Assembly (NCBI RefSeq): GCF_036971445.1
Contig: NC_091469.1
Location: 68,262,001-68,326,000 of the forward strand
Direction: 5' to 3'
Length of the DNA stretch: 64,000 nt
From: Narcine bancroftii
Lineage: Eukaryota
The first letter of the stretch is position 1, and every line of letters starts with the position of its first letter. This document shows positions 37,001 to 51,057 of the stretch, piece after piece. The notes below the pieces were generated by a model that was not told where the DNA came from, did not search any database, and worked only from the letters and a program-made list of their open reading frames with translations. A program made the translations under genes and the position numbers.

Positions 37001-39050
37001 TGTTTCCTGAGATGCTCTTGAACACTCAGTATCTAAAAGAGGAGATGTTTAAAGTAAATTTTTTTTTTCTTCCTTTTGGAATTCAAGTTCACCTATTGTA
37101 ATGTCTACAAAATATATTTAAAAGAATGCAAAAGACAATTACAGTTGTAAATGTTTACCACAATACATAATTCAGCCAAATCTGAAAAATTGACTACTAC
37201 AGAAACTGTCATCTTCAGTTGCATGACGATGCAGAATAAATGCACTGAATAGTGGGGTGCACAGTCCTGTAGACCAAGCTTTCAAGTCTGATCTCTGATC
37301 TTTGCTGAGTGAAGTGATCCAGTTAAACAGGCTCTGCAGTTGGTCTCCCAGCCAGCAGTAAAGGTGGAGAATAAAATCAAACCAAGTTTCCTGCTCTTGA
37401 TCAGAAACACCTGCTGAAAAGTAGGTGTGTCTGAACTTTGAATGAAGATAAAATTAGTTCGGCTGGGTGTCAGGTTTGAACTAGTTTTCACAGGATGCCA
37501 GCATCCACAGGATGATACCCAATCTGATCTGTCTTTCAGGGAAAAAAAAAGTTAATTCAGTATCTTTTTTGATGATATTGAGGTGCAAAATCTGAATAGC
37601 ATCTTAATTGGAATAGCACTGCATCATATGTGGTGGTTTGTCCACAATGTATAAAATGATTAAGATTGTTTTCAGTTTCATGTGTTGACTGAATGACTGT
37701 GGATCTCAAATGGCAGCTACAAGGTTGAAGCACTAGTGATGTGGAGAATAATCAAAAACCATAGTTCACTCTGATTCATGCTTGTTGGTAATTAAACTAA
37801 GATATAATGGAAGAAGGACTTTGTTTGCCCCAATCATCATTAGTATCTAAGTACCTTGGGAAGTGTGGTTGTGGGGGGGGGGGGGGGGTGTGTGGAAATT
37901 TGGGCAGTTCCATTTATTAAAAAGCTTGATCTCTCTTTACATTCTTCATTGAGGAACAATTGGGCAAGGCACCAAATTTGGTGTACAGGTCTGTTTAGTG
38001 ACAAAAATGAGGCCAAGCTTCATCCCACCCTAGAATCCTAATCAAAAACCTGGTGATACAACTGACATCTGGCCCAGCCCTGATCATTTGTTATTTTCAT
38101 GACAGGTGCCAGACCTGACAGCAGTCTTGTTTTACTATTCTTCCTCTAATAGTATAAGTTCGTTATGTCTGAGGTGTTTTGCAATCTGATTTTTTTTTTA
38201 AATCAACTGATTCTCAACCTTGTTTTAAACTTGGGTAGGGTTTGGAGATGGAATCCTCAGTCCGGTTACAGAGTAGGTCCAAGGGTTTTGAACTCTATTT
38301 ATATTTCAACGTCAAAGCCATTGAGAATGATGGATTTTGATGCTTTTGTTGTTGGTTTTGAACCAGAGTGGAAAAGGAGATTCTAACTGAAAATTATTTA
38401 AAATTATTTATTTTCCTCATGTCATTTTAAGAATGGTGATTGATATTTTAAAACTCTCCAATAAAACTGTCCAATAAAGACGGAAAAATGTGTATTTTGA
38501 TCACCACTAGTGCTGTTTGCCAGTCATGAAGACTGGCACTTTTTGATTTTAGTTTTAGAGCTACAGCATGGAAATTTTATTCTTAGCCTTTGTTTTATGC
38601 CATAGGTGACATTGGACACACATTTCATTAATTTAAAATAAAATATTTTAGATAACTTTTATGTCTGTGAGTGACAGAAACCTTGTCCTGGTATAGTTGA
38701 AATTATCAAAGTAAAATTCTGTACTAATGGATGACAGATGGAATATACAAGTATTAAATTGCAAATTCCATGGTTGCCACAGAGGAAAAAATAGCATGGT
38801 GTTATGTTGGGGAGGGGGAGTTATCCTGAACCTTAATTCATAAATATGAAACAGAAGTTTGCTTGACTTTTTTTTTTAAAAAAATCACTATCATGGTCTA
38901 CAAATGACCATATATTATGCAGGCAATGACATGATCTGAGCTTCAGAGGTAGGAAATGTTGATTTGATCTATCAAGTTTGGCAGAGAGTGAGTAGAAAAA
39001 AGAATTTTAAAGTTCTGCACAACCAAAGCAGTTTCTAATTTTAAAAAAAA

Positions 39051-39268
39051 ATTAGACATGCAGCAAAGTAACAGGTCCTTCCGGCCCACAAGCCCATGCT
39101 GCCCAATTACACACAATTAACCTACAACCCCATACAGTTTGAAGTGTGGGAGGAAACTGGAGCATCCAGAAGAAACTCACGCAGACACGGGGATAATGTA
39201 CGAACTCCTTACAGACAGTGCTGGATTCAAACCCGGGTCACTGGCGCTGTAGTAGTGTTGCACTAACT
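39051..39268 (-). mobile_element. tRNA-derived SINE
   Basis: Minus strand has a B-box-like GGGTTTGAATCC and the core CTGTCTGTAAGGAGTTCGTAC. Homologous to 40450-40650 and 57193-57440. Confidence 0.75.
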
Positions 39269-40449
39269 GTCTTCACAGCCACAGATGCTGCAAACAGTAG
39301 ATGGTATTAAAATATTTCGTTAAGCATTTTCAAAAGTACTTTAGTTCAATCAATAAGTAAAATGGGTAAAGTCATATTGGAGTTTTACATAGAACTATTT
39401 GTGTTTGTGATTCAGAACTCAATACTTTAATACCCTTTATTGAAGTAAGTTAATGGTATATTTGCTTATTTAAGAAGTTCCTTAAACACATTGTTATTTA
39501 TTGATGTCACAGTGCCTTTTGATACAAACGACTGTGAGTCAGTACCTGTAAGTTAACTTTGACCTTGGAGTTCGTGAACTTGCAGACTACATCAAGGGGT
39601 TTAAATTCCTCTTTGTAACAGAGTGCTGGTTAATTTGAAATGATTCTAGCCCCTCAACTTTGCTTCTGGGTGTGTACCACTGACATATTGTCAACATTAT
39701 ACTCATTTTGATCTGATCCATGAATCTGCTTTGATATAAGTACCAATGATATAAAGTGGATACTTATACTATTTTGCTGGTTTGCATGTTTGAGGAACAA
39801 ACATAGGATTAGCCTTGGAAGGAAATCCAAAATTACACATTATGAATTTTTTTTTTGGGGGGAGAAGGTGGGGGGGATGGAGACTATTGATAAAGATGTT
39901 TTGATTGCAGTTGAACAGTTACAATTGGAACCAAGCAACAGCAATTCCATAGGACTGGACAATGAGGGAAGCTTTGCAAATGATTGATTCCAAATGTCAA
40001 AGAATAAGGGAGTTGTGGTTTTATTTACTGGTGTACAAATTGTATTCGAGGTGCTTAAACAGATTTGTGGTAGACGCAAGCTTGTGTTTGAAAGGTCATG
40101 AGTGTAACTTTTGAGGAAGGAATGTTGCCTTTCAAATGGAGAACTGTGCCCTTGAACAGGAACCATTTATGGTGTTGACAAGGCTGGGACTAGCAAGAGA
40201 AGTTGAATGCTAAGGAGGATATTGGTAACCTTGTCATTAAGCCATAAAGAAGAAGAGGATGGGCTAAAATGAAAAGGAAGTACCGAGTAGTTTACAAGAT
40301 GAAAGGATGGCCTATATTATAATTTGGTACAATATAGGCATTGGAGGCAACTGGTTTTCGGAGTGAGGATGGAGTGTTTTATTTCACATGTTGTTATGAA
40401 CTCAAGATCATTTTGTAACATGAAAATCAATCTCGTCTTGCCATTAAGA

Positions 40450-40652
40450 GGGCGGCATCTTTATTATAGTGGTTCGAATCCAGTACAGTCTGTAAGGAGT
40501 TTGTACGTTCTATCCAAGCCTGTGTGGTTTGCTCTGGATGCTCTGGTTTCCTCCCACCACTCACAATGTACCGGGGAAGTAGGTCAGTGGGCGTAATTGG
40601 TCAACATGGGCTAGTGGGCTAAAAGGGCCTGTTACTGTGCTGTATGTCTCAA
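40450..40652 (+). mobile_element. tRNA-derived SINE
   Basis: B-box GGTTCGAATCC, core GTCTGTAAGGAGTTTGTACGTTC...GGTTTCCTCCCAC, and tail GGGCCTGTTACTGTGCTGTATGTC. Confidence 0.75.
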
Positions 40653-42013
40653 AAATATATAAATTGCAGCCTTCATTTATAGTTGATGTTAGACTTGTAA
40701 CGTAATAAAGCTGAAAAGTTCATTATTCCCCCCCCCCCCCCCCCCCACGGAGAAGCCTCTGTTCACCTGTTTAACCTTCATCTAAACTGTGTAAAATTAT
40801 CTAATGGTTTTGAATTTGTAGCTAGAAATGTTAGGCGGCAAAAAAAAATGGAAATAATCAGGGAAAGTTGATGCAGAAAAAGGTCATCATCCTGTGCTGA
40901 TAAACAATGTTGTAAAGAGATGTGAAGATTATAACATTTGGGGAGAAAGGTTTTTGCATAAACCATACCTGAAGTAGCTGGTGGCCTTCCATCAGACTGA
41001 AACTGCACAAGATAATCAACCCAGTGCTTTGTAGATCCTCTGATACTAAGCTAAGTGTTGATTAGTTAGTTGGATATTGTAAATTGCACCTTGGCATAGG
41101 TGGGCAGTAAGGAAATCGAGCCATGTGAGAGAATTAATTGCAAGGAAATAAATTGGGAAATGGGATTAATGGATTTATTGGGCAGAATTGCCTCCTGAGA
41201 TAATCTGGGTTGACTAAAAATGTATCTTTTTTCCTAGCAATTGGTGAACGATTAAATTCCTCAAAATCATATTTTTCACCAATTAAAAGTGATAAATTTC
41301 AATGGTTTAGGTAGGTGTAAATGCAATATAATGTTACATGTGATGCAACTTAAACAGCAATACAAGAAAACATTTGCATCAGCTTGTTGAATTTCATGGG
41401 GGGGGGAGGGTGTCTGATGCAAGAAAACATTTGTAGCAGTTTGGTTGTTGAATTTAATTGTTGGGGTGGGGGAAGGGGAGGTCTGATTTGAGATTATCCT
41501 AGCCTTGGGATTTCTATATTCAGGAACCCCATATGGGTGATAGATATTGAAGTAAGAGATAGGGACAGTGGGCATTGAGAGATCAAGAGGTTGAGTGGAG
41601 TCATTTGGAAAGTTAGGGATTTTGTATGGGATTGTTGGAAGCTGTACCAATCAGGGTGAAGTTGATGAGTAGTGATTGGAATTGTTGACTTTGAATTGAG
41701 TGATGCGCAATTGCATATTGAGGTGTTTCCAGTAGTAATCTTGAATCTAAGATGAATGTACTTTGATTGATCCTCAAATTGAGTGCTACAATTTAACTGT
41801 GAAATAGTTATGATCACGTTCCATTCCAAGCATTAACTTAAAATGCTTCAAAGAGAGCAAATAAAATTACTATAGTATCAAAAAACATTTTTAAAATTGA
41901 AATTCAAAAACCGCAGTTGCTGGAAATCTGAAATAACTGAAAATATTGGGAATGTCAATATTCAGCAGAAATACAGCATTTGTGGGTTTCTCGAGCTATT
42001 ACTTGACGTGAAT

Positions 42014-42190
42014 GGAGGAGAAACCCAACACCCAACCCCAACCAACCAATTTTCCCCGGCAACCGCTGCAACCGTGTCGGCCTGTCCCGCATCGGACTTG
42101 TCAGCCACAAACGAGCCTGCAGCTGACGTGGACATTTACCCCCTCCATAAATCTTCGTCCGCGAAGCCAAGCCAAAGAAAGAAGAAAAGA
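42014..42190 (+). mobile_element. RTE-clade LINE 3' end (second copy)
   Basis: Near-identical to 13725-13895. Encodes [21 protein letters not shown] and has the same tail. Confidence 0.8.
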
Positions 42191-42605
42191 GTACTGCTTG
42201 GTTTGAGTTGAGTTAAAGGAGCATCATCATTTTAGACCATTGATGCTACCTTCCATCTTTACCCACATTCTCTCCACCTTGTTCTAATACTTCTCCATTG
42301 ACTCAAATTTTGTATTTGTTGCCATTTTTAAAAATTATTTTGGTCAATGTAAATTTAGATGCCATAGGTTAGACAAGAAAATGTATTTTTTATGAATTTG
42401 ATGAAAATGTCTGCTGGATTTAGGATTTTTTTCATTTAAATGTAACATTTACAGGATATATCTCAAAATCTTGCACTGGAAGTCCATCTATGGAAGACTG
42501 TTAGGTACCTCTATGATTTGAGGTTAATTGTACTCAAACTTTTGCTGAGTGTAATCAAAGGAACAAAGATTGTGGAGTTGAATGCTTGTGTCATTTTATA
42601 TAGTA

Positions 42606-43165
42606 CAGGTGCTTAACCTTCTATCCGGGATTCAAAGCATCAGCAACCTCCAAAAACCAGCACTTTTTTTGGTAGGTGACATCTGCTCATCAAAGATGGA
42701 GTTTGACCCGAAGTGACCTTTGCTCGAATTCTGTGTCTCCTGTCGCGTTCTGCATCAATAATTTGTGGTATCATCACCTAATAAGTGGGTCTTCAAGGCG
42801 CGCGCCGTTGCTAATTATAACGATTATCATTTTATAAGAGCAACTCTGTTGGGCACCATCACTGATTAGTGCGATCATTACTTTATAAGAGTCCATCCCC
42901 GCTGAGCATCATTGCCACCTACCTTCCCAGTTGACACTAGTTTTATTTTGAAGTTTTACTTAAAAATTAAAAAAACTAGTGATATTATGATCTTTTATGG
43001 ACTTTATTTATCTAAATTAATTTAACACCCAGCACCCCTGTTTTGTGTGATTGTTTTTTTTTTGAAACATCGCATTTGCTTAAAGGGACCTCCATTTTAA
43101 AATCCAGAAAATTCTGAACAACGGTGTCCGGTCCTGACAATCCTGGATAAAAGGTTAGGCACCTG
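42606..43165. mobile_element. Tc1/mariner (Tigger-like) MITE
   Basis: 25-bp TIRs CAGGTGCTTAACCTTCTATCCGGGA and TCCTGGATAAAAGGTTAGGCACCTG; TA on the left flank. Confidence 0.8.
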
Positions 43166-45529
43166 TGTATTCAAATAGAGGGATTCAGAATTTTTCTTTT
43201 TCTGAGAGTGGCAGCAATGTCCTATAACATTGATCAACAATCCAACTTCAGATCTTTAATGGAATTTGACAGGAGCTTGTTTGGGAAGTAATAACTGCTG
43301 TTGATAGTAAACAGTTGGTCATTTTGAGAAAAGGTGAAGAATGACTTACTTGTCCTGGTCAGGATTTGTCTTTGATGGAAATTAGTGTTAAATTCCATTG
43401 ATCCCAAAAGGAAATATCATCTCAAGCAATAATTCCTAATAGAGTACCTTTGGCATTGAATGAAAGGAAGTTGAAGTTTTTTTTTGTCATGACCCTGTTG
43501 GGGATTTAACATATTATTAAGCAATACTTTATCCGTGTGGATGTCAGGCTCTGCACTGTTTCAGCTTTCAGTTTTTCTTTGATTGGGTTTGCTGGTGGTG
43601 CTGGAAAATGTTACGGCAGCACTGATAGATACTAAGCACTGGTGCAGACTGTCTCATTGCTAGAGTAATGGAAGCTCTGTATGGGTGATTGTTAATGAAT
43701 TGCGTAAGTGAATCATTTTGGACTCCTTTTGCAACATACTGATTGCTATTGCAAAGTCTAACTCTTTACAGAAATGGAAAATTAAGGCTTGGAGCAGTTA
43801 AACAAAACATGTAGTTCACGTTTCACAATATAATGATTGATGAGAACCAGGAAGTACTTGTCATGATGGGAAATAATGACATGTGGTGCACAAAATTACT
43901 TTCCAGGTCCCTACAGTAATTTAGATTGGGGTGGGGGGGAACTAAAATAATTTATTAGTGAATGCTGAGTATCTCTAACTCGCTTTGTTTATGTAGATAA
44001 TATGCAGCATTTCTCATAACTGTTGGTCAAGCAGGCTACTGGTAAAATTTGTCTTTAGTGCAGACATTTTCAATGATAGTTATGACCTAAATTTGTGGTC
44101 AAAGTTGTAACCAATAAATTTACTATGGGTGTCTCATTTTTAAAAGTGTGTGAGAAGACCATTATGTTGCAAGTACAAAAAATAAATAATAATGTATATG
44201 TAATTAAATCATTTATTCTTTTACAAGATTAAGAGTTTTCTGTTTATGCCAAAATTGGGCTGCAATAGGTTTGGATGACCATGATTCATTGAAGAGAGAA
44301 AATGGCATGACTTTATTTCACAAATTTGTTGACCATTTGTTTTTTTTTAAAACACAGTATTTGGAGACATGACTCGCCCATCATGAGAATATTGTCAAAA
44401 TTTCATCTACAACTAAAATTCACGTACATATTATTTTTATATTACAAGCCCGTTTATTATCTGGCATTTAAAATATTCATGTCCATCACATTTACCCCAA
44501 TAAAGCTTAACTTAATGTCACATATTCTGTAATTCTTAACTAACATGAATTGTAAATAAAAAATAAAACTTGGATCTTTTCATGCCTGGTTTTGCTATGA
44601 ATTACTTTGTCATTAACACTATAAATAAATTATTTGTCATCAAAGAGTGAAAACTTTAATCCTTTAAATCCTGTTTTCAAAAATACAAACAAATGGTACT
44701 ATCATTTCTATTTTTACCTCTATGACTTCTCACTCAGTTTTTTTAGTGTATGTTCAGTTTCAAGGTCTTTCAGATTATTTAGTAACATACATTTGGGGGA
44801 AAAAGTCAAACTTCAAAGTGAGATTTCATTGTGTTGACCAATACTGAAGTGTCATTTCTGATCAAGTGGAGACAATTGCCAAGTGTATTCCAAAGTTTAC
44901 CATGTTTTAAAACATTAGATTTTGAAATCTACACCTGTTTTTGAGAAATGTCTAACTCCAAATGAATGGCTGCAGTAAAATTGATTAAATTTTACCCAGT
45001 TCCTTCGGAAGTGGTACTTTATTGCAGTGTCCAAAATGCAGCAGACAGTTTTCAAGTCGTGAGCTCTAGAAATAGCAATGAAACCATTCAGATCATCTGT
45101 TTCAGTGAAGTTGATCAAATGGTGGCATGAGATCTTTGGTGTCCATCTATATCCTTGGTTTCAATCTTAAATGATGCATCATTGCTTTATGTTTTTCTGA
45201 ATCTATCTCTCCACAAAGCTGCACCTTGCATACAAAATATTTCCAGTTGGAGTGTCGCTAATCTTCAATCTTCAGCAGCTACATTCCAAAAGCAAAGTCA
45301 CCCAAAGCTCAGTAGTGAAGGGGCAATATACATGCACATATTCAAAGGCTGAGCTCCAAGCCATTGCTGACATGTTCAATGAAATATACAAGACCAAGGA
45401 CCTTGACCTCAACATCCACAAGACATAGAACTCCCATTGATTTGCCACTTTGCTTCACACTGCTTTTCAACAGTGTTTGTTCACATTAGACCTGAGGGAA
45501 TATGGACCACTTAAGTCCATTTTTTTTTA

Positions 45530-47760
45530 AAAAGGAGCAAAAGTAGGTTATTAAGCTTGTTGAGTCTGCTCCACCATTTTATCATTAGATGATCTATTCT
45601 CTCACTTGGTCTTCTCACCATAAGCTTTGATACCCTGTCTATTCGGGTACCTATCAATCTCTGCCTTAAATACACCCAACGGCCTGGTCTCCACAGTTGC
45701 TGGTTGCACCAAATTCCAGAGGTTCAGCACTCCCTCGCTCAAGAAATTCCTCTGCATCTCTGTTTTTAAATGGCCCTCATTCCCTTGACTATTCTACCAT
45801 GGAAACATCTTTGCCACATCTACTCTGTCAACATTCTAAATGCTTCTATGAAATTTCCCCTCATTATTCAGAACTCCAAGGACTACAGTCCAATAGCAGT
45901 CAAATGTTCTTCATATGCCAATCCCTCCATTCCAGGAATCATTCTTGTAAATCATCTCTGAACCATCTACAATGCCACCACATCCATCCTTAAATAAGGA
46001 GTCCAAACTGTCCCCTGTACTACAAATGAAACCTTAACAGTGCCTTATAAAGCCTCAACATCACATCATTGCTCTGGTATCCTATTCCTCTAGATTTAAA
46101 TGCCAACATTGCATTTGCCTTCACCACCAACCCAACCTGGAGGTTAACCTTTAGGGTATCCTTCACGAGAACTCCCAAGTCCCTTTGCACCTTTGAATTT
46201 TGAATGATCTCCCCATCCAAATAATAGGCTGCCCTTTTATTCCTTCTACCAAGGAGCACAACTGTCCACTTTCTAACATTGTATCTCATTTGCCCATTCT
46301 CCTAATCTGTCTGTCTCAAAGAGCCATTTAGAATGTCTGCAGCCTCTCTGTTTTCTTCTCACTACCTGCCCCTCCACCTACCTCTGTATCGTTTGCAAAC
46401 TTGACCACAAAGCCATTTAATTCTGCAATCCAAATCATTAACGTGCAACGTGAAAGAAATGGCCCCAACGCTGTATGTTACATCGCTCATAACCAATAGG
46501 ATTCCTTCATTCTCACTTTCTGTTTCCTGACAATCAGCCAATCCTCGACCCATGCAAGTATCTTTCCTTCATTCCATGAGCTCCCTTTTTGTGAAACAGC
46601 CTCATGTGCGGCACCTTGTCCAAGGCCTTTTGAAAAGTCCAAATATACAACACCTACAGCAAGTTCTTTGTCTAGCCTGCTTATGTTTTCCTCAAAAAAA
46701 ATTGTGGTAGATTTGTCAGTCAAGATTTTCCCTGATGGAAACCATGCTGAATTTGGCCTTTCTTGTCATGCACCTCCAGTAACTGCAGAACCACATCCTT
46801 GACAGTCGATCCCAACAATCTCCAACCAATACTGTTAGGTTAATAGGTCTATAAATTTCTTTTCTGCTGCCTCCCTCCATTTTTAAATAGTGTGACCTTT
46901 GCAATTTCCATTCCTCTGGAACCGTGCCAGAATCTATTGATTCTTGAAAGATCATTACTAGTGCCTCCAAAACCTCTATAGTTACTTCTTTCAGAACCTG
47001 AGGGTGTATTCCATCTGATCTGGGAGACATCTACCCTTAGACTTTTCAGCTTCCCAAGCACCTTCTCTCTGGCCATCACGATTGCTCTCACCTCTCTTCC
47101 CTGAAACCCTTGAATGGTATACCGTTAATGTCTTCATCAGTGAAGACAGTTGCAAAATATTCATTCTGTTCCACTGCCATCTCCTTATCTCCCATTATAA
47201 TTTCTCCAGTGTCATTTTCTATTGGTACTATATCTACTCTCGCCTCTTTTTTTAAACTCTTAATATACTTAACGCTTTTTGATATTATTTGCCAACCTCC
47301 TTTTAAAGTTTATCTTTTCCTTCTTAATTCCCTTCTGTATGCTTTTAAAAGCTTCCCAGTCCTTGATCTTTCCATTAATTTTTACTTCCTTGTATTTCCT
47401 TTCTTTGCTTATGCTTTGAGCTTTAACTTATCAGACACAGTTGTCATTTTTCCATTCAAATATTTCTCTTTTGGCATATACTTCATTTCTCGCAGAAATG
47501 TCACTCTGCTGCCCTTTCTGCAAGGGAGCCTTTCTCATTCCTCAATAGCCCCTTATATTCCACTGGTATACTTTCACCTCTAATTTTAGTTTCTCCCTCA
47601 AACTGCAGGGAAAATTCTATCATTATGATCTCTGCCTTCTAAGAATTCCCTTACCTGCATCACCCTTTTATCTGGTTCATTACACAATACCCAATCCAGA
47701 ATTGCCATTTCCCTGGTCAGCCAAGCCTCAAGGTGTTCTAAGAAGCCATCTTGTAAGCAT
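45530..47760 (-). mobile_element. CR1 LINE, degenerate ORF2 with internal deletions
   Basis: Minus-strand fragments AILDWVLCNEPD, SPRSDGIHPQVLKE, YRPINLT, VVYLDFSK and RDLGVLV...LYKAL. Confidence 0.88.
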
Positions 47761-49731
47761 TTCCATATCTCAGGAGCTATGGGATTCATCACTGACTGTA
47801 TCTCGGAATGGACGTATGTCGGGGAATTGCCCTACCTGCGATACCGAAGAGTAAAACAATCAATTTCCTTCCATTCTCTATCTCCGAATCCTTCTCATTC
47901 TCTTTTGCTGTGTACCCAGCGGACTCTACTGGCCTCTAAAATTTATCTGACTGTCATAATATTGAGCAACAGAATCAGAAAAAAACAGGACACAAGGAGT
48001 TAAAATGCAGTGAAATTTCTCAACATGGCAGCCACCAGAGATAGGCCCGTTTTTTTTTTCTCTCTCTGTAATTTTTATTTATTTTGAATCTGCTGCCATT
48101 AATTTGTGGCTCTGCCACCAGGGTAGCACTGTTAGCCATACTAAGGTGGCAAAATCTATTTACTCTGCAGCCGAGTGTTTTGGTGATATAGACCTGTTAA
48201 TTTCTTGTATTCCGCTGCATTTTAGCCCTTTAGGATGTCATCTGAGCTACAGGTGCTATTACTTTTGTTTTAGGCTTTATATTCTATGAAACAATAAAAA
48301 CCTTGTTTGGAAGCATTAATGGTTGTATTATTTCCTGTTTAACCTTTGATAATGTAGCAATATTTTTGGAATAAGCTGGAAAGACTAGGGGTTGGGCTTA
48401 TGTTTACATAGGGGTCCCTTAGGAGTCCATTTCTGTTTTCTGGCATTTTCTGTGGCCCGGCCATGGCTGGTCCCAAAGTTGCTGGATTAAAGAAGCACAA
48501 CCTGTATTTGCATCTGAAATCATTCAAGTTCAGAATTGGGGTCTGACAACATTTATTTAAAAAAAGACTAAATTACAATTCCTTTAAAGAACTATGCTTG
48601 ACTAACTAAGCAGAGTGATATAAAAGTTTTGATTTTTAATTACAGTTGTCCCAAAATAAGGATGACAAACACTTAATTTTCTCATATATGCTGACAAAAT
48701 TTGTAAAATACATGTTTGTAGTTGACAGTTCTTTTCGAGAGAAAATGAGAATATAAAGTAAAATTTCAAAGGAAGTGAATGACAAATTTAATTATCTATT
48801 TTTTAAAAATTGAAACTATTTTGTTGAAACTTTGATTATAACTTTATTACAAAGAAAAAATCCGAATACTGTACAGTATAAGATTTTGGAAAAATATTTT
48901 GATTAATCAATAAACTAACAGGCAAATATTTAAATTGTGAATGATTGTTATAATTATTTAGGTAGTTTAATAACCAAAAGACTTGACAATTAGTTTTTGA
49001 ATATAGGAAATGCAAATATATTTAAAATTTTGAATAAAATGAAATTAAATTCTGTAATTTTTTTTTAGAAACCAAAATTTGTATATTTCCTGCATCAGTG
49101 GCCAGTAGTTTGACATTTTGAAGTTGGAAATGCAAGACGTGGTAGTATTGTGAAATTTGAAATATATCTTTGCCTCCCTCTCTGCACACCTGGAACAGCA
49201 TTTTTTAAATGAAAGAAAAATGCAAAATAGGATTTTTTTTTCCTTGCAGACAATTTGTATGACAGTAATATCCAAAGTGCATACGTTTAAATAAATTGAG
49301 AATGTTGAATGTTTATATTTGGTTGTTTCAAGGTACTGAGTTATCTGACATACAAGATGGTAGCATGGAACAGTACCAAGTCCTTCAACTACGAAAGTAT
49401 AATTGAGTGTGTGTTAGTGCTGTATTTACATTTTTGGTTTTGTCAAGAAACACTAGGGTAAAGCTCGGTGTATATAGCTGTTAACATTTGAATACAATAG
49501 AGAAAATAATACAGGGTGGGTGAACTCTATCATAGAACATGTTCTGTTTGCCGCATATTAATTTGGAGAAGGCTGTGTTGGTGGCATGCAATCTCATCCA
49601 AGTTTAATATTTCTGATGCTCTGAAGCAATATTTCATACCCAAGCAATAAATGTGTCAGTAATTCAAAGCACTTTTTGAAAAAGAATTTAAGAATTACGA
49701 TGGGTCAAAGGAAGATACAAGACAGTAATCC

Positions 49732-49901
49732 NNNNNNNNNNNNNNNNNNNNNNNNNNNNNNNNNNNNNNNNNNNNNNNNNNNNNNNNNNNNNNNNNNNNN
49801 NNNNNNNNNNNNNNNNNNNNNNNNNNNNNNNNNNNNNNNNNNNNNNNNNNNNNNNNNNNNNNNNNNNNNNNNNNNNNNNNNNNNNNNNNNNNNNNNNNNN
49901 N
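49732..49901. other. assembly gap (N run) in intron 2
   Basis: Run of n characters. Confidence 0.99.
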
Positions 49902-50305
49902 ATGCCTATTTGTTGCTTTATTCTGTGAAAGGCATATACACCTATGGATTTTATGACTGAATCTAGTTTCAGAAAGCTCAACAGCATTGCAAATAAATTT
50001 CATCTAATTTGATTTTCATTTTCATTGTTTTTAATTAATTGAGCAATGATTTTTCACATTCATTCTCAAGAATCAATATCATAAGGAGAAATGACAAAAT
50101 AATGGATTTTTTCAGAAATGTAGTAAAATGGATGACACCTGAATCACTGATTAAAACAAATTATGAAGTTAAATTTCATAATTTAAGTGGTCATTACTTG
50201 TAACAATGTATTATATCATATTTTATTATACTATAACCAACATTTATCCAATATTATAAAATAGTTTAGTGATAACCAGTGGGAAATTTTATTTTTCTTC
50301 TGTAG

Positions 50306-50495
50306 TTGGTGGCAGAGTGAGTCGAGAATTGTCATACACACGAGAGAAGATAGGAGAGGAGGCCATGTTCAATCCACAGATCATGATTCAAACCCCACCT
50401 GAGGAAGGTGCTAATATTCTAACAGTTGAAGCACTGCAGCAACATCTTGACTCTGCACTTAAAGCCAGCAGAGTGCAAGTTTATTTGTACAACAA
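50306..50495 (+). CDS. ptch1: patched 1, exon 3
   Basis: TAG|(V)[30 protein letters not shown]...VYLYN|GTAAGT; 190 bp; phase matches exon 2. Confidence 0.97.
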
Positions 50496-50782
50496 GTAAG
50501 TCACACTGAATTAATCACATCTCTCAATGTTATCTGTCTTGCATGAATCAAACTCTTCCCCCCCCCCCCCCCCCACTCAACTCAAAGGAAATCTTTGTTC
50601 TTCCTAGAAATTTGACTCTTTAACTGGTAAATGCACTTAAGTGCTCCCTTCTCAAATTTGTGAAGTCTTGTTATACCACTTAGTTGAATAGCAATCTAAT
50701 CTTTCTGCTTGTACATTTTTAACTTGCATGCATTTGTTTTAATAAACATATTTTGTTTGGTGTTTTTTATCCCCCCCTTTAG

Positions 50783-50849
50783 ACCATGGACTTTAGACCA
50801 CTTATGTTATAAATCAGGAGCACTTGTAACAGAAGGTTGGATGGACCAG
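50783..50849 (+). CDS. ptch1: patched 1, exon 4 (not in the ORF track)
   Basis: TAG|(K)PWTLDHLCYKSGALVTEGWMDQ|GTGAGG; 67 bp. Confidence 0.95.
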
Positions 50850-50965
50850 GTGAGGCTAGATTGCTGTTGAAATGTAGAATTGTTGCGTAAAGTAATGTAA
50901 TTCGACTTCACTTTTGACCATTGCTATCTTTATTAATTTGATTAATCTTCTATGTTTTTAACCAG

Positions 50966-51057
50966 CTTATTGAAAACTTGTATCCCTGTCTAATAATCAC
51001 ACCCTTGGACTGTTTCTGGGAAGGTGCTAGATTACAATTAGGAACAGTTTACCTACC
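50966..51057 (+). CDS. ptch1: patched 1, exon 5 (not in the ORF track)
   Basis: CAG|[30 protein letters not shown](P)|GTAAGT; 92 bp; contains the patched hallmark TPLDCFWEG. Confidence 0.97.

Noticed and set aside
13725-42190. 170-bp near-identical repeat pair (13.7 kb and 42 kb) as a novel ncRNA or segmental duplication
   Set aside because: Both copies encode an RTE-type C-terminal zinc finger and end in the same simple-repeat tail, so they are independent truncated LINE insertions.
48030-48130. CTCF-like words GCCACCAGAGATAGG and GCCACCAGGGTAGC
   Set aside because: The 3' half departs from the CCACCAGGGGGCGC core, which is too weak to call.
49676-50003. ORFs spanning X residues
   Set aside because: Artefacts of the N gap.
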